The position numbers were made by a program, and so were the translations under genes. This document shows positions 1 through 8,703 of a stretch of DNA of 60,332 nucleotides, one piece after another. The notes below the pieces were generated by a model. It did no database searches. It was not told where the DNA came from and was given only the letters and a program-made list of their open reading frames with translations. The stretch spans positions 1 to 60,332 of the forward strand of contig CAVVOP010000030.1 of the NCBI GenBank assembly GCA_963749915.1, written 5' to 3'. The DNA is from an uncultured cyanobacterium (lineage in GTDB: Bacteria; Cyanobacteriota; Cyanobacteriia; Cyanobacteriales; Cyanobacteriaceae). How positions within the stretch are numbered: the stretch's first letter is position 1; each line of letters opens with the position of its first letter.

Positions 1-204
1 CAAATTACTGGTTGATTGTTAAAATATCGAGGAAAAAGGAATTGCTGTTGCAATGTTTGTTTGTTGGTGCCAATTCATCCCTCGCCAAAACGATTAGGTC
101 TTTGAGTTTATGACGAGGGTCTTCTTTGCACATTAAGATAAAAAATAGTCGGATGGGGGAAAAATCGTATAACCTTAAAGTTATAGAGAGTATGGAAAAT
201 AAGT

Positions 205-2715
205 ATGACACAAGAAATCACCTCAGAAATATTTTGTACCCCTACTATTCAAGTAGAAGACGATCGCACCGGCATGAGTACGGAAACCCTCAAAAGGGCA
301 TTTTTGGATAACCTTTTCTACATTCAAGGGATTGATCGTAGTCAGGCATCGAATTATGATTATTATGTAGCCTTAGCTTATACTATTCGGGATCGATTGT
401 TGCACCGTTTCTTAAAAACCACTGACACCTACAAAAAAAATCCGCACACCAAATTAGTTTGTTATCTCTCCGCAGAATTTTTGATGGGTAGGTATTTAGG
501 CAATAATTTAGTTAACCTCGGCATTTACGAAGAAATTGAGAAAGTTATCGCTGAATTAGGCTTGGATTTAAACAAATTAATCGAAGAAGAGCCAGATCCA
601 GGCTTAGGAAACGGGGGTTTAGGACGGTTAGCGGCTTGTTTTCTCGATTCTTTAGCTAGTTTGGAAATTCCTGCCATTGGTTATGGCATTCGCTACGAAT
701 TTGGCATCTTTTTCCAACTTTTACGGGACGGTTGGCAAGGAGAAATCCCCGATAACTGGTTGAGGTTTGGTAATCCTTGGGAATTGCCTCGTCCTGATGA
801 AACCGTAGCTGTTAAATTAGGAGGCTATACTCAAGGTTATCACGACGGTAAAGGACATTACCGTGTTTCTTGGATTCCCGATCGCACGGTGATCGCTATC
901 CCTCATGATACCCCAGTGCCGGGTTATAAAACTAACACCGTAAATCCTCTAAGATTATGGAAAGCAGAAGCTAGTGAGGAGTTCAACTTTGAAGCCTTCA
1001 ACGCTGGCAACTATGATCGTGCGGTGCAAGAAAAAATTAACTCGGAGACTATTTCCAAAGTACTTTACCCCAACGATAATACCCCTGCCGGTAAAGAATT
1101 ACGTTTAGCACAACAATATTTCTTTGTTTCTGCATCCTTACAAGACTTAATCCGCATCCATCTGCGCAATAACAAAAATTTGGATAACTTCCATGAAAGA
1201 ATGGCTATTCAACTTAATGATACTCACCCTGCTATCGCTGTAGCGGAATTGATGCGTCTATTTGTGGATGAACATGGTTTAGATTGGGATCGCTCATGGT
1301 ATATTACCCAAAAAACCTTATCTTATACTAACCATACCCTAATGCCCGAAGCCTTAGAAACATGGGAATTAGGCCTATTCGAAAAACTCCTCCCCCGTCA
1401 TCTGGAAATTATTTATGAAATTAACCATAATTTTCTTGAGGATGTGCGCACATGGTATCCCGACAACGAAGAATTAATCTCTCAAGTTTCTATTATCGGT
1501 GAAGAGAACGGTAAACGATTACGCATGGCAAATTTAGCTTGTATCGGTAGTCATGCCATTAACGGGGTAGCGGCTTTACATACCCAATTGTTAAAACAAG
1601 ATACCCTCAACGCTTTTGCCTTGTTGTGGCCTGAAAAATTCTACAACAAAACTAATGGGGTTACCCCCCGCCGTTGGATGGTATTAAGTAATCCTGAGTT
1701 GTCTAAATTAATCACCTCGAAAATTGGGGATGGTTGGGTAAAAGACTTAGGGCAAATTCAAAAAATTGAGCAATATGTAGATGATCCTGAATTTTGTCGT
1801 CAGTGGCGTGACATCAAACAAGCCAATAAACAAAGATTGGCTGAATATATCTTCAAACAAAGGGCGATTGAAGTTGATGTTAACTCTATTTTCGATGTCT
1901 TAGTTAAGCGGATTCATGAGTATAAACGCCAACACTTGGATGTTTTAAATATCATTACCCTTTATAATCGCATCAAACGTGATCCTGACCTGCACATCGT
2001 ACCTCGTACTTTTATTTTTGGTGGCAAAGCAGCCCCTGGTTACTTCATGGCAAAATTGATTATTAAATTAATTAATAGTGTCGCTGATGTTGTCAATAAA
2101 GATCCCGAGATGAGAGGACGTTTAAAAGTGGTATTCTTGCCTAACTTTAATGTATCTTTAGGACAAAAAATCTATCCAGCCGCGGATTTATCGGAACAAA
2201 TTTCCACAGCGGGGAAAGAAGCCTCTGGTACTGGTAATATGAAATTTGCCATGAATGGTGCTTTAACTATCGGTACTTTAGACGGTGCCAACATTGAAAT
2301 TCGGGAAGAGGCCGGGGCAGAAAACTTCTTCTTATTTGGTTTAACCGCCGAAGAAGTATATGCAACTAAAGCTCATGGCTATAACCCCCGACACTACTAT
2401 GAAACAAACTCTGAGTTAAAAGAGGTAATTGATCGTATTGCTGAGGGTTATTTCAGTCATGGGGATACCGAGTTATTCAAACCCATTGTCGATTCCCTGT
2501 TATCTGATGATAGTTATATGCTTTTGGCAGATTATCATACTTATGTAGAGTGTCAAAAACAAGTGGCCGTCGCCTATCAAGATCAAGAAAAATGGACGAA
2601 AATGTCAATTCTCAATAGTGCGCGCATGGCTAAGTTTTCTAGCGATCGTACTATTAACGAATACTGCAATGAGATTTGGAAGGTTAAACCTGTCAAAATC
2701 GACTTAGGCAATTAA
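205..2715 (+). CDS. glgP: glycogen phosphorylase
   Basis: 836 aa; GLGNGGLGRLAACFLDS, and PLP-lysine motif KEASGTGNMKF. Confidence 0.97.
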   Translation: MTQEITSEIFCTPTIQVEDDRTGMSTETLKRAFLDNLFYIQGIDRSQASNYDYYVALAYTIRDRLLHRFLKTTDTYKKNPHTKLVCYLSAEFLMGRYLGNNLVNLGIYEEIEKVIAELGLDLNKLIEEEPDPGLGNGGLGRLAACFLDSLASLEIPAIGYGIRYEFGIFFQLLRDGWQGEIPDNWLRFGNPWELPRPDETVAVKLGGYTQGYHDGKGHYRVSWIPDRTVIAIPHDTPVPGYKTNTVNPLRLWKAEASEEFNFEAFNAGNYDRAVQEKINSETISKVLYPNDNTPAGKELRLAQQYFFVSASLQDLIRIHLRNNKNLDNFHERMAIQLNDTHPAIAVAELMRLFVDEHGLDWDRSWYITQKTLSYTNHTLMPEALETWELGLFEKLLPRHLEIIYEINHNFLEDVRTWYPDNEELISQVSIIGEENGKRLRMANLACIGSHAINGVAALHTQLLKQDTLNAFALLWPEKFYNKTNGVTPRRWMVLSNPELSKLITSKIGDGWVKDLGQIQKIEQYVDDPEFCRQWRDIKQANKQRLAEYIFKQRAIEVDVNSIFDVLVKRIHEYKRQHLDVLNIITLYNRIKRDPDLHIVPRTFIFGGKAAPGYFMAKLIIKLINSVADVVNKDPEMRGRLKVVFLPNFNVSLGQKIYPAADLSEQISTAGKEASGTGNMKFAMNGALTIGTLDGANIEIREEAGAENFFLFGLTAEEVYATKAHGYNPRHYYETNSELKEVIDRIAEGYFSHGDTELFKPIVDSLLSDDSYMLLADYHTYVECQKQVAVAYQDQEKWTKMSILNSARMAKFSSDRTINEYCNEIWKVKPVKIDLGN

Positions 2716-2742
2716 TGGTGAGGTGAATTGTCGTTAAAACTT

Positions 2743-2765
2743 AGGGGCGAATAGCATTCGCCCTT
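2743..2765. repeat. REP-like hairpin / possible terminator after glgP
   Basis: GGGCGAAT-agc-ATTCGCCC perfect 8-bp stem. Confidence 0.6.
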
Positions 2766-2817
2766 GCTACTATTGTTTTATAATAAAAATAAATAAACAT
2801 TATTTTCTCTGAAAACC

Positions 2818-3591
2818 ATGGAAGCGACCCTTTCCCTACTTATCCCCGTAATAATATTTGTTTTAACCGGCTTTAAAATCGATCGTGAATACGAAAGAGG
2901 AGTAATTTTTCGACTCGGTAGAATGAATGGGATCAAAGGACCTGGATTATATTGGACAATACCATTAGTCGACCAAAAAGCCAAAATTGATATTCGTACT
3001 AAAACCGTTGACATTAAATCCCAAGAAACCATTACCGCCGATAGTGTCACCGTCAAAGTAAACGCTGTATTGTATTATCGAGTCTTGGATCCTGATCGTG
3101 CAATTAATAAAATAGAAGATTATGAAATGGCGGTTTATCAAGCCTCTATGACAACATTAAGAAATGTCGTCGGGCAAAATATCCTGGATGATATTCTGCG
3201 CAACCGAGATAAAATCAACCGTCAAATTCAAGAAATTGTGGATGAAATTACCGAACCTTGGGGCATAGTTATTGAAAGAGTGGAAATGAAAGATGTAGAA
3301 ATTCCTCAGTCCATGCAAAGGGCGATGGCACAAGAAGCGGAGGCCATTCGAGAAAAAAGATCCCGTTTAATCAAAGCCGCCGCCGAAAAAGAAGCCTCCT
3401 TGATGTTATCCGAAGCCAGTCAGCAAATTTCCAACAATCCCATTGCTTTGGAATTAAGACGGTTACAAACCTTGACAGAAATTGGAGCCGAAAATAATAC
3501 CACAACAGTAATGTTAGTTCCCACAGAATTAATCACCTTAACCAAACAAATGGCAGATAAATTAGCAAGGGAAACTGAGGATAAGTCATAA
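2818..3591 (+). CDS. SPFH/band-7 stomatin-like (slipin) membrane protein
   Basis: N-terminal TM; EYERGVIFRLGR, MQRAMAQEAEA, ALELRRLQTL. Confidence 0.92.
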   Translation: MEATLSLLIPVIIFVLTGFKIDREYERGVIFRLGRMNGIKGPGLYWTIPLVDQKAKIDIRTKTVDIKSQETITADSVTVKVNAVLYYRVLDPDRAINKIEDYEMAVYQASMTTLRNVVGQNILDDILRNRDKINRQIQEIVDEITEPWGIVIERVEMKDVEIPQSMQRAMAQEAEAIREKRSRLIKAAAEKEASLMLSEASQQISNNPIALELRRLQTLTEIGAENNTTTVMLVPTELITLTKQMADKLARETEDKS

Positions 3592-3673
3592 CTAGGATTT
3601 GCCGAAAAACAGTTATAATTATCCTTGATCTAAATGTTTAATCCAACGCCTTCAATTATTTATAAATTTGGTT

Positions 3674-4528
3674 ATGGCACTGATTCAATGGTATCCTGGA
3701 CATATTAGCAAGGCGGAGAGACAATTAAAAGAACAAATAAAAAAAGTTGATGTAGTATTAGAAGTCAGAGACGCAAGAATACCTTTGGCTTCCCATCATC
3801 CCCAAGTGAAAGAATGGATTGGCGAAAAACCGCACATTTTAATTTTGAATCGAGAAGATATGATTACCGACACTTTGCGTGAGGAGTGGGGTAATTGGTT
3901 TCGATGTCAGGGGGAAATTCCTTTTTTTACTAATGCCAAAGATGGTAGAGGAGTTAAGGCCATACAAAAGGCTTCTCAGTCGGCAGGTATAGCTGTTAAT
4001 GAACGTAGGCGGAATCGTGGTATGTTACCTCGTCCTGTACGTGCGGTGGTGATTGGTTTTCCCAATGTGGGTAAGTCGGCTTTAATTAATCGTTTACTGA
4101 AGCGTAAAATGGTGGCTAGTGCGAGAAAAGCGGGGGTAACAAGACAGTTGCAATGGGTGCGGATTTCCGAAGAAATAGAATTATTAGATGCTCCGGGTAT
4201 AATTCCTTTAAAGCTAGAAAATCAAGAGGATGCCTTGAAGTTAGCTATTTGTGAGGATATTGGCGATGCAGCTTATAACAATCAAGAAGTGGCACAGGCT
4301 TTTATTGATTTATTAGTCAATTTAGGCACAGAATCTGTATTGCATTCTCGCTATGGTTTAGATCCTTTAGAGATGACGGGGGAAGAATTTACCATTAAGT
4401 TGGCAAAGTTGAAGTACAATAATGATCTCGAACGGGTTGCCCGTCAATTACTGCAAGATTTTCGTAAAGGTTATTTAGGCTCAGTTTCTTTAGAATATCC
4501 CCCGATGGCAATGAATAATGAACAGTGA
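3674..4528 (+). CDS. rbgA: ribosome biogenesis GTPase YlqF/RbgA
   Basis: IQWYPGH, DARIPLAS, GFPNVGKS, LLDAPG; ATG at 3674 preferred over TTG 3668. Confidence 0.93.
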   Translation: MALIQWYPGHISKAERQLKEQIKKVDVVLEVRDARIPLASHHPQVKEWIGEKPHILILNREDMITDTLREEWGNWFRCQGEIPFFTNAKDGRGVKAIQKASQSAGIAVNERRRNRGMLPRPVRAVVIGFPNVGKSALINRLLKRKMVASARKAGVTRQLQWVRISEEIELLDAPGIIPLKLENQEDALKLAICEDIGDAAYNNQEVAQAFIDLLVNLGTESVLHSRYGLDPLEMTGEEFTIKLAKLKYNNDLERVARQLLQDFRKGYLGSVSLEYPPMAMNNEQ

Positions 4529-5113
4529 ATGATGAGTGTCGCTATTTTTGGTACAAGTGCAGATCCTCCAACCATTGCTCATAAAAATATATTAAATTAC
4601 TTAAGTGATAATTATGATTTAGTGGCGGTTTATGCTTCGGATAATCCTTTTAAGAAACATGGTAGTAATTTATGTCACCGTCGTCGGATGTTAGAATTGC
4701 TCATTGAGGATCTTAATTTGACTGATAGTAATATTATTCATTGTCCTGAAATAAGCCATCGCCGTACGATATATACTGTAGAAAAAGCAAGGGAAAAATG
4801 GGGACAAAATATTGATTTAACCATCGTCATCGGCGGAGATTTAGCCCCGCAAATTTTTACATGGTATCAAGCACAAAAGCTATGGCAAGGCTTGAAAGTG
4901 TTATTAATCCCCCGTGAGGGTTATACTATCAAGCAGAAAGTCGTAGATAAAATTAATCATCATAGTTTAGGATGTTCCGTCGCCCATTGTCAAATTCCGC
5001 CTTTTTCCTCAACGGATTATCGCACTAACCATGATCAAGGGGTGTTAACTGATAAAGTAAAAACCTATATTGAAGAAAATTGTTTATATTTGCATGAAGA
5101 AAAAAGTGCTTAA
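4529..5113 (+). CDS. nadD: nicotinate-nucleotide adenylyltransferase
   Basis: AIFGTSADPPTIAH, IGGDL, SSTDYR; adjacent to nrtR. Confidence 0.88.
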   Translation: MMSVAIFGTSADPPTIAHKNILNYLSDNYDLVAVYASDNPFKKHGSNLCHRRRMLELLIEDLNLTDSNIIHCPEISHRRTIYTVEKAREKWGQNIDLTIVIGGDLAPQIFTWYQAQKLWQGLKVLLIPREGYTIKQKVVDKINHHSLGCSVAHCQIPPFSSTDYRTNHDQGVLTDKVKTYIEENCLYLHEEKSA

Positions 5114-5819
5114 TTTAAGCCATTCCTTGGCAGACTTTAAAGTGGGGGTGGATAATGTCATTTTTTCTGTGGATACCACTAACAATAAACTGTTAATTTT
5201 ACTGGTAAAACGAGAAGAAGAACCATTTAAAGAATATTGGGGTTTACCCGGTACATTAGTAAGGCAAGGAGAATCTTTAGAATCGTCGGCTTATCGAACT
5301 TTAGCGGAAAAAATACAGGTCGATAATCTTTATTTAGAACAATTATACACCTTTGGTGATCCTCATCGAGATCCCAGAGAATCATCCGACAGTTTTGGAG
5401 TGCGTTATTTATCCGTAAGTTATTTCGCTTTAGTCAGATATAAAGAAGCACAAATCACCAAAGATATAAAAAGTGCCACATGGATGACGTTAGACTTCCT
5501 ACCCCCCCTTGCCTTTGATCACAATCGCATTGTAGAGTACGGTTATCAAAGATTACGCAACAAGTTGGAGTACAGCCCCATCGCTTTTGAAGTGTTACCA
5601 GAATTATTTACCCTTTATGATCTTTATCAACTATATACCACCGTTCTAGGGGAAAATTTCACCGATTACTCCAATTTTCGCTCTCGTTTACTGAAATTAG
5701 GGTTTTTAATCGACACTGGAAAAAAGGCTTACAAAGGTGCAGGAAGGCCGGCCAGTCTTTACCGTTTCGATGCCGATGCTTTTGCACCCCTCAAAGATAA
5801 ACCTTTATTATTTGTTTGA
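5094..5819 (+). CDS. nrtR: NrtR-family Nudix-related transcriptional regulator (Nudix + winged HTH)
   Basis: WGLPG..ESLE, YLEQLYTFG..RDPR, LAFDH, C-terminal NFR...GRPASLYRF; ATG 5094 likely start. Confidence 0.88.
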   Translation: MKKKVLNLSHSLADFKVGVDNVIFSVDTTNNKLLILLVKREEEPFKEYWGLPGTLVRQGESLESSAYRTLAEKIQVDNLYLEQLYTFGDPHRDPRESSDSFGVRYLSVSYFALVRYKEAQITKDIKSATWMTLDFLPPLAFDHNRIVEYGYQRLRNKLEYSPIAFEVLPELFTLYDLYQLYTTVLGENFTDYSNFRSRLLKLGFLIDTGKKAYKGAGRPASLYRFDADAFAPLKDKPLLFV

Positions 5820-5822
5820 ACT

Positions 5823-5987
5823 TTATTTTAAATGTAAGTAAGTTGCTTCTTTTTCCAATTGTTCAATTAATTTTTGATCACCTTGGCTTCTAGCTACTTC
5901 TAAACGGTGTTCTAAATTTTTCCGCAAACTTTCCTTGTAGGCTTGACCAGCATTAGCATTAAGTTTAGCTTTACGTGTAATATTCAT
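5823..5987 (-). CDS. pirA: small protein, PirA (Ssr0692)-like PII-interacting regulator of arginine synthesis
   Basis: Not in ORF track. Hand translation MNITRKAKLNANAGQAYKESLRKNLEHRLEVARSQGDQKLIEQLEKEATYLHLK (54 aa); GAGG RBS; upstream NtcA box. Confidence 0.8.
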   Translation of the reverse strand: MNITRKAKLNANAGQAYKESLRKNLEHRLEVARSQGDQKLIEQLEKEATYLHLK

Positions 5988-6063
5988 AGTTTTTCTACCT
6001 CATTTAATTTGATTTTTACTATTTTCTCCTTATACTTTCATGATACCCATTTTTGGTGGTTAT

Positions 6064-6077
6064 GTATCATTTGTTAC
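6064..6077. promoter_or_regulatory. NtcA binding site upstream of pirA-like gene
   Basis: tGTA-TCATTTGT-TACa = GTA-N8-TAC consensus. Confidence 0.75.
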
Positions 6078-6293
6078 AAACTCTTAATGATTAATCTGCT
6101 TCTTTCAAAAGTAAGAAAATTGAGAATGAAGAATAAAGTTACGATAATTAAAATTGATTATTTGTTGCTTTAAATATTTTTTTGCTTATTATTCGCGATA
6201 TTTAGTGGTCATTATTTATTTCATTTTCCGAAACTGTCAATGTATGGATCGCTCTCATAAATGATTCCCGATTGCTATATATAAAAAAAGATT

Positions 6294-7067
6294 ATGATAA
6301 CATTGTTAACAGATTTTGGTTTACAAGACATTTATGTTGGAGTGATGAAAGGAGTTATTAAAACCATTAATCCCGACGTAGATTTAATTGATTTAACTCA
6401 TGAAATTCCTAGTCAAAATATTTTAGCTGCCAGGTTTGCTTTGATGAATGCCGTTGATTTTTTCCCTGATGACACCATTCATGTAGCCGTAGTTGATCCC
6501 GGAGTTGGCAGTAGTAGAAAAGCTATTGCTATCGACTTTGAAAAGGGTTATTTAGTATGTCCAGATAATGGTATTTGTAGCGGTGTGTTGAGTAAATATA
6601 AACCGAAACAAATTATTGAATTAACTAATAATAAATATTGGCTTAATAGCAATGCTAGCAGTACATTTCACGGGAGAGATATTTTTGCCCCCATAGGGGC
6701 TTATTTGAGTAAGGGAGTAAGTCTAAATGAGTTAGGAAAAGTGATGAAAGAGGAGAGTTTAGTTAACCTAAATGTTAAGCCTATTATTATTAAAGACCGA
6801 GAAATTATTGGTTCAATTCAATATATCGATATTTACGGTAATTTAGTTACTAATATCCCTGCTAATATACTTAATAATAAATCATGGTATGTTATAGAAA
6901 AAGAAAATAATATTAATTGTCATCTCACCTATAGCAGTGTCAATCAAGGAGATTTATTAGCCTTAATTGGTAGTCATGGATGGTTAGAAATGGCAGTTAA
7001 CGGCGGTAGTGCTAAAATGAAGTTAAATAAACAATATTGCGACCAAATTAGAGTAATAATTAATTAA
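6294..7067 (+). CDS. SAM hydroxide adenosyltransferase / DUF62 (chlorinase-fluorinase family)
   Basis: ITLLTDFG, VVDPGVGS, STFHGRDIFAP, IDIYGNLVTN. Confidence 0.9.
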   Translation: MITLLTDFGLQDIYVGVMKGVIKTINPDVDLIDLTHEIPSQNILAARFALMNAVDFFPDDTIHVAVVDPGVGSSRKAIAIDFEKGYLVCPDNGICSGVLSKYKPKQIIELTNNKYWLNSNASSTFHGRDIFAPIGAYLSKGVSLNELGKVMKEESLVNLNVKPIIIKDREIIGSIQYIDIYGNLVTNIPANILNNKSWYVIEKENNINCHLTYSSVNQGDLLALIGSHGWLEMAVNGGSAKMKLNKQYCDQIRVIIN

Positions 7068-7071
7068 ATTT

Positions 7072-7728
7072 ATGACAATGGAATCTAATATTTATCAAGG
7101 TCAATTTGGTAATTTTACCATCACGGAAAAAGATCAGCGTGAAGTGATGATATACCGTCTTGGTTTAGCCGTAGCAGGATTAAGTTTTTCTGCGGGAAGT
7201 ATCTTATTCTTATGGCAAGGTCTGACCCCGATTATTGAACAAGTTTTAACGGTGTTATTTGCTTTATTTATTCTGGGATTAGGGGTAAGTTTACAAACAA
7301 TTCATATTTATTTAAAACCTCTACACAACACTCTAAAAATTTTTTGGTTAATTGGTACTGTCAGCACCATCATTTTCGCCGTGAAAAGTCAAGAATCCTT
7401 AGTCATTTTGATCAAAAATCAACCCTTAAGTTTATTGGGTATTGGTTTTGTTTTTGCCAGTTTAACAGGAATCTTTATAAAAGAGGCATTTTGTTTTAAT
7501 CGTATAGAAGCGAAGATTTTAAGCGCGATTATTCCTGGTTTACTATTCGGTTATCTGATGGGGATTTTACCCCTACAACTAGAACAAATCTTGTTAACTA
7601 TATGGAGTCTACTCTTTCTAGTGTTTCTTATGGGAAAATCTATCCAAGAAATTCCCTCTGATATTGGTGATAAATCAGTATTTGAATACTTAAAAAATCA
7701 GTCAAAAAATAACGCAACTCTGTCCTAA
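7072..7728 (+). CDS. DUF2301-like integral membrane protein
   Basis: YQGQFG, IHIYLKPLH, KEAFCF, DIGDKSVF motifs; multiple TM segments. Confidence 0.78.
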   Translation: MTMESNIYQGQFGNFTITEKDQREVMIYRLGLAVAGLSFSAGSILFLWQGLTPIIEQVLTVLFALFILGLGVSLQTIHIYLKPLHNTLKIFWLIGTVSTIIFAVKSQESLVILIKNQPLSLLGIGFVFASLTGIFIKEAFCFNRIEAKILSAIIPGLLFGYLMGILPLQLEQILLTIWSLLFLVFLMGKSIQEIPSDIGDKSVFEYLKNQSKNNATLS

Positions 7729-7784
7729 AATTCCTGATAAATTATTGAGTTTTTATAGAGAAATATTGTTAATTGTTAATCATT

Positions 7785-8516
7785 TCAAACCCAGGCGTGA
7801 AAAATCGCCCTATCTTTCCGCCATTTAACTAATTCTGCTTTTCTAAAACCTGCCGTTAATAACCATGATTTTACCATGGCTATATTTGCCCCTGTCCAAT
7901 TTGTAACATCCTTGCTTAATTCATTATGGGGATAAAACCGCATTAAAGGTTGAGGAAATAAGCTAAAAAATAGACTAATATGAGTTTCTAAAACTAATAA
8001 TTCTTTGGTGACACTTCTTACTTTTTCAAGGGCATATAATGGATATTTCATATGATATAAAATTCCTAAAAAAAAGACAACATCGAATGTGCCAATTATG
8101 TCAGGATTTAAGTCTAAAACGTCTATATTATAGTCTTCTACTTGAGAATTAAAGATTTTTCTAGCCAATTCAAAACCTTGTTTTCCCGCTCCAAAATCAC
8201 GCCAAAAATTGTGATCTAAACCGTATAATTCTCTTTGTTCCCAGACGAAAGAATCAGTAGCTAAAACTCTTTTTGCACCTCTTTTTTCGGCGGAGAATGA
8301 ATAAAATCCATCCCATGCACCAATATCTAAAACCGTTTTATTAGTTAAGTCTTCGGGAATGCCTTCTAAAATCCACTCCTGAAATTTGCGACAAAATTGA
8401 CCTTCTTTTCCCTGTTTTGTAACGATGTTTGTCCCGAAATCTAAATAATGATGCCAATACTTGACTTTTGCCACTTCTTGTGCAATCTCTGCTGAATTTA
8501 ACTCATTTAATTTCAT
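7785..8516 (-). CDS. class I SAM-dependent methyltransferase (CmoB/DUF1698-like)
   Basis: VLDIGAWDG, FDVVFFLGILYH. Confidence 0.8.
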   Translation of the reverse strand: MKLNELNSAEIAQEVAKVKYWHHYLDFGTNIVTKQGKEGQFCRKFQEWILEGIPEDLTNKTVLDIGAWDGFYSFSAEKRGAKRVLATDSFVWEQRELYGLDHNFWRDFGAGKQGFELARKIFNSQVEDYNIDVLDLNPDIIGTFDVVFFLGILYHMKYPLYALEKVRSVTKELLVLETHISLFFSLFPQPLMRFYPHNELSKDVTNWTGANIAMVKSWLLTAGFRKAELVKWRKDRAIFHAWV

Positions 8517-8703
8517 AATAATTTTGATCTCTAATCCTTAATAATTATAAATAGCCTGGGAGGGGAAGTTAATGAATAATTGTTAATTTTAGTTTAAAAA
8601 TTGGTTAAGGAAAATAAAATTAATACCCTTAAAGTCTGTTAAGATTGACCTTGTGCAAGATAAAAATATTTAACTGACCAGGTAGGGAAAATCAGGACAG
8701 AAT

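Noticed and set aside
5943..6173. 76-aa plus-strand ORF
   Set aside because: Low-complexity AT-rich frame overlapping the better supported pirA-like gene and its promoter
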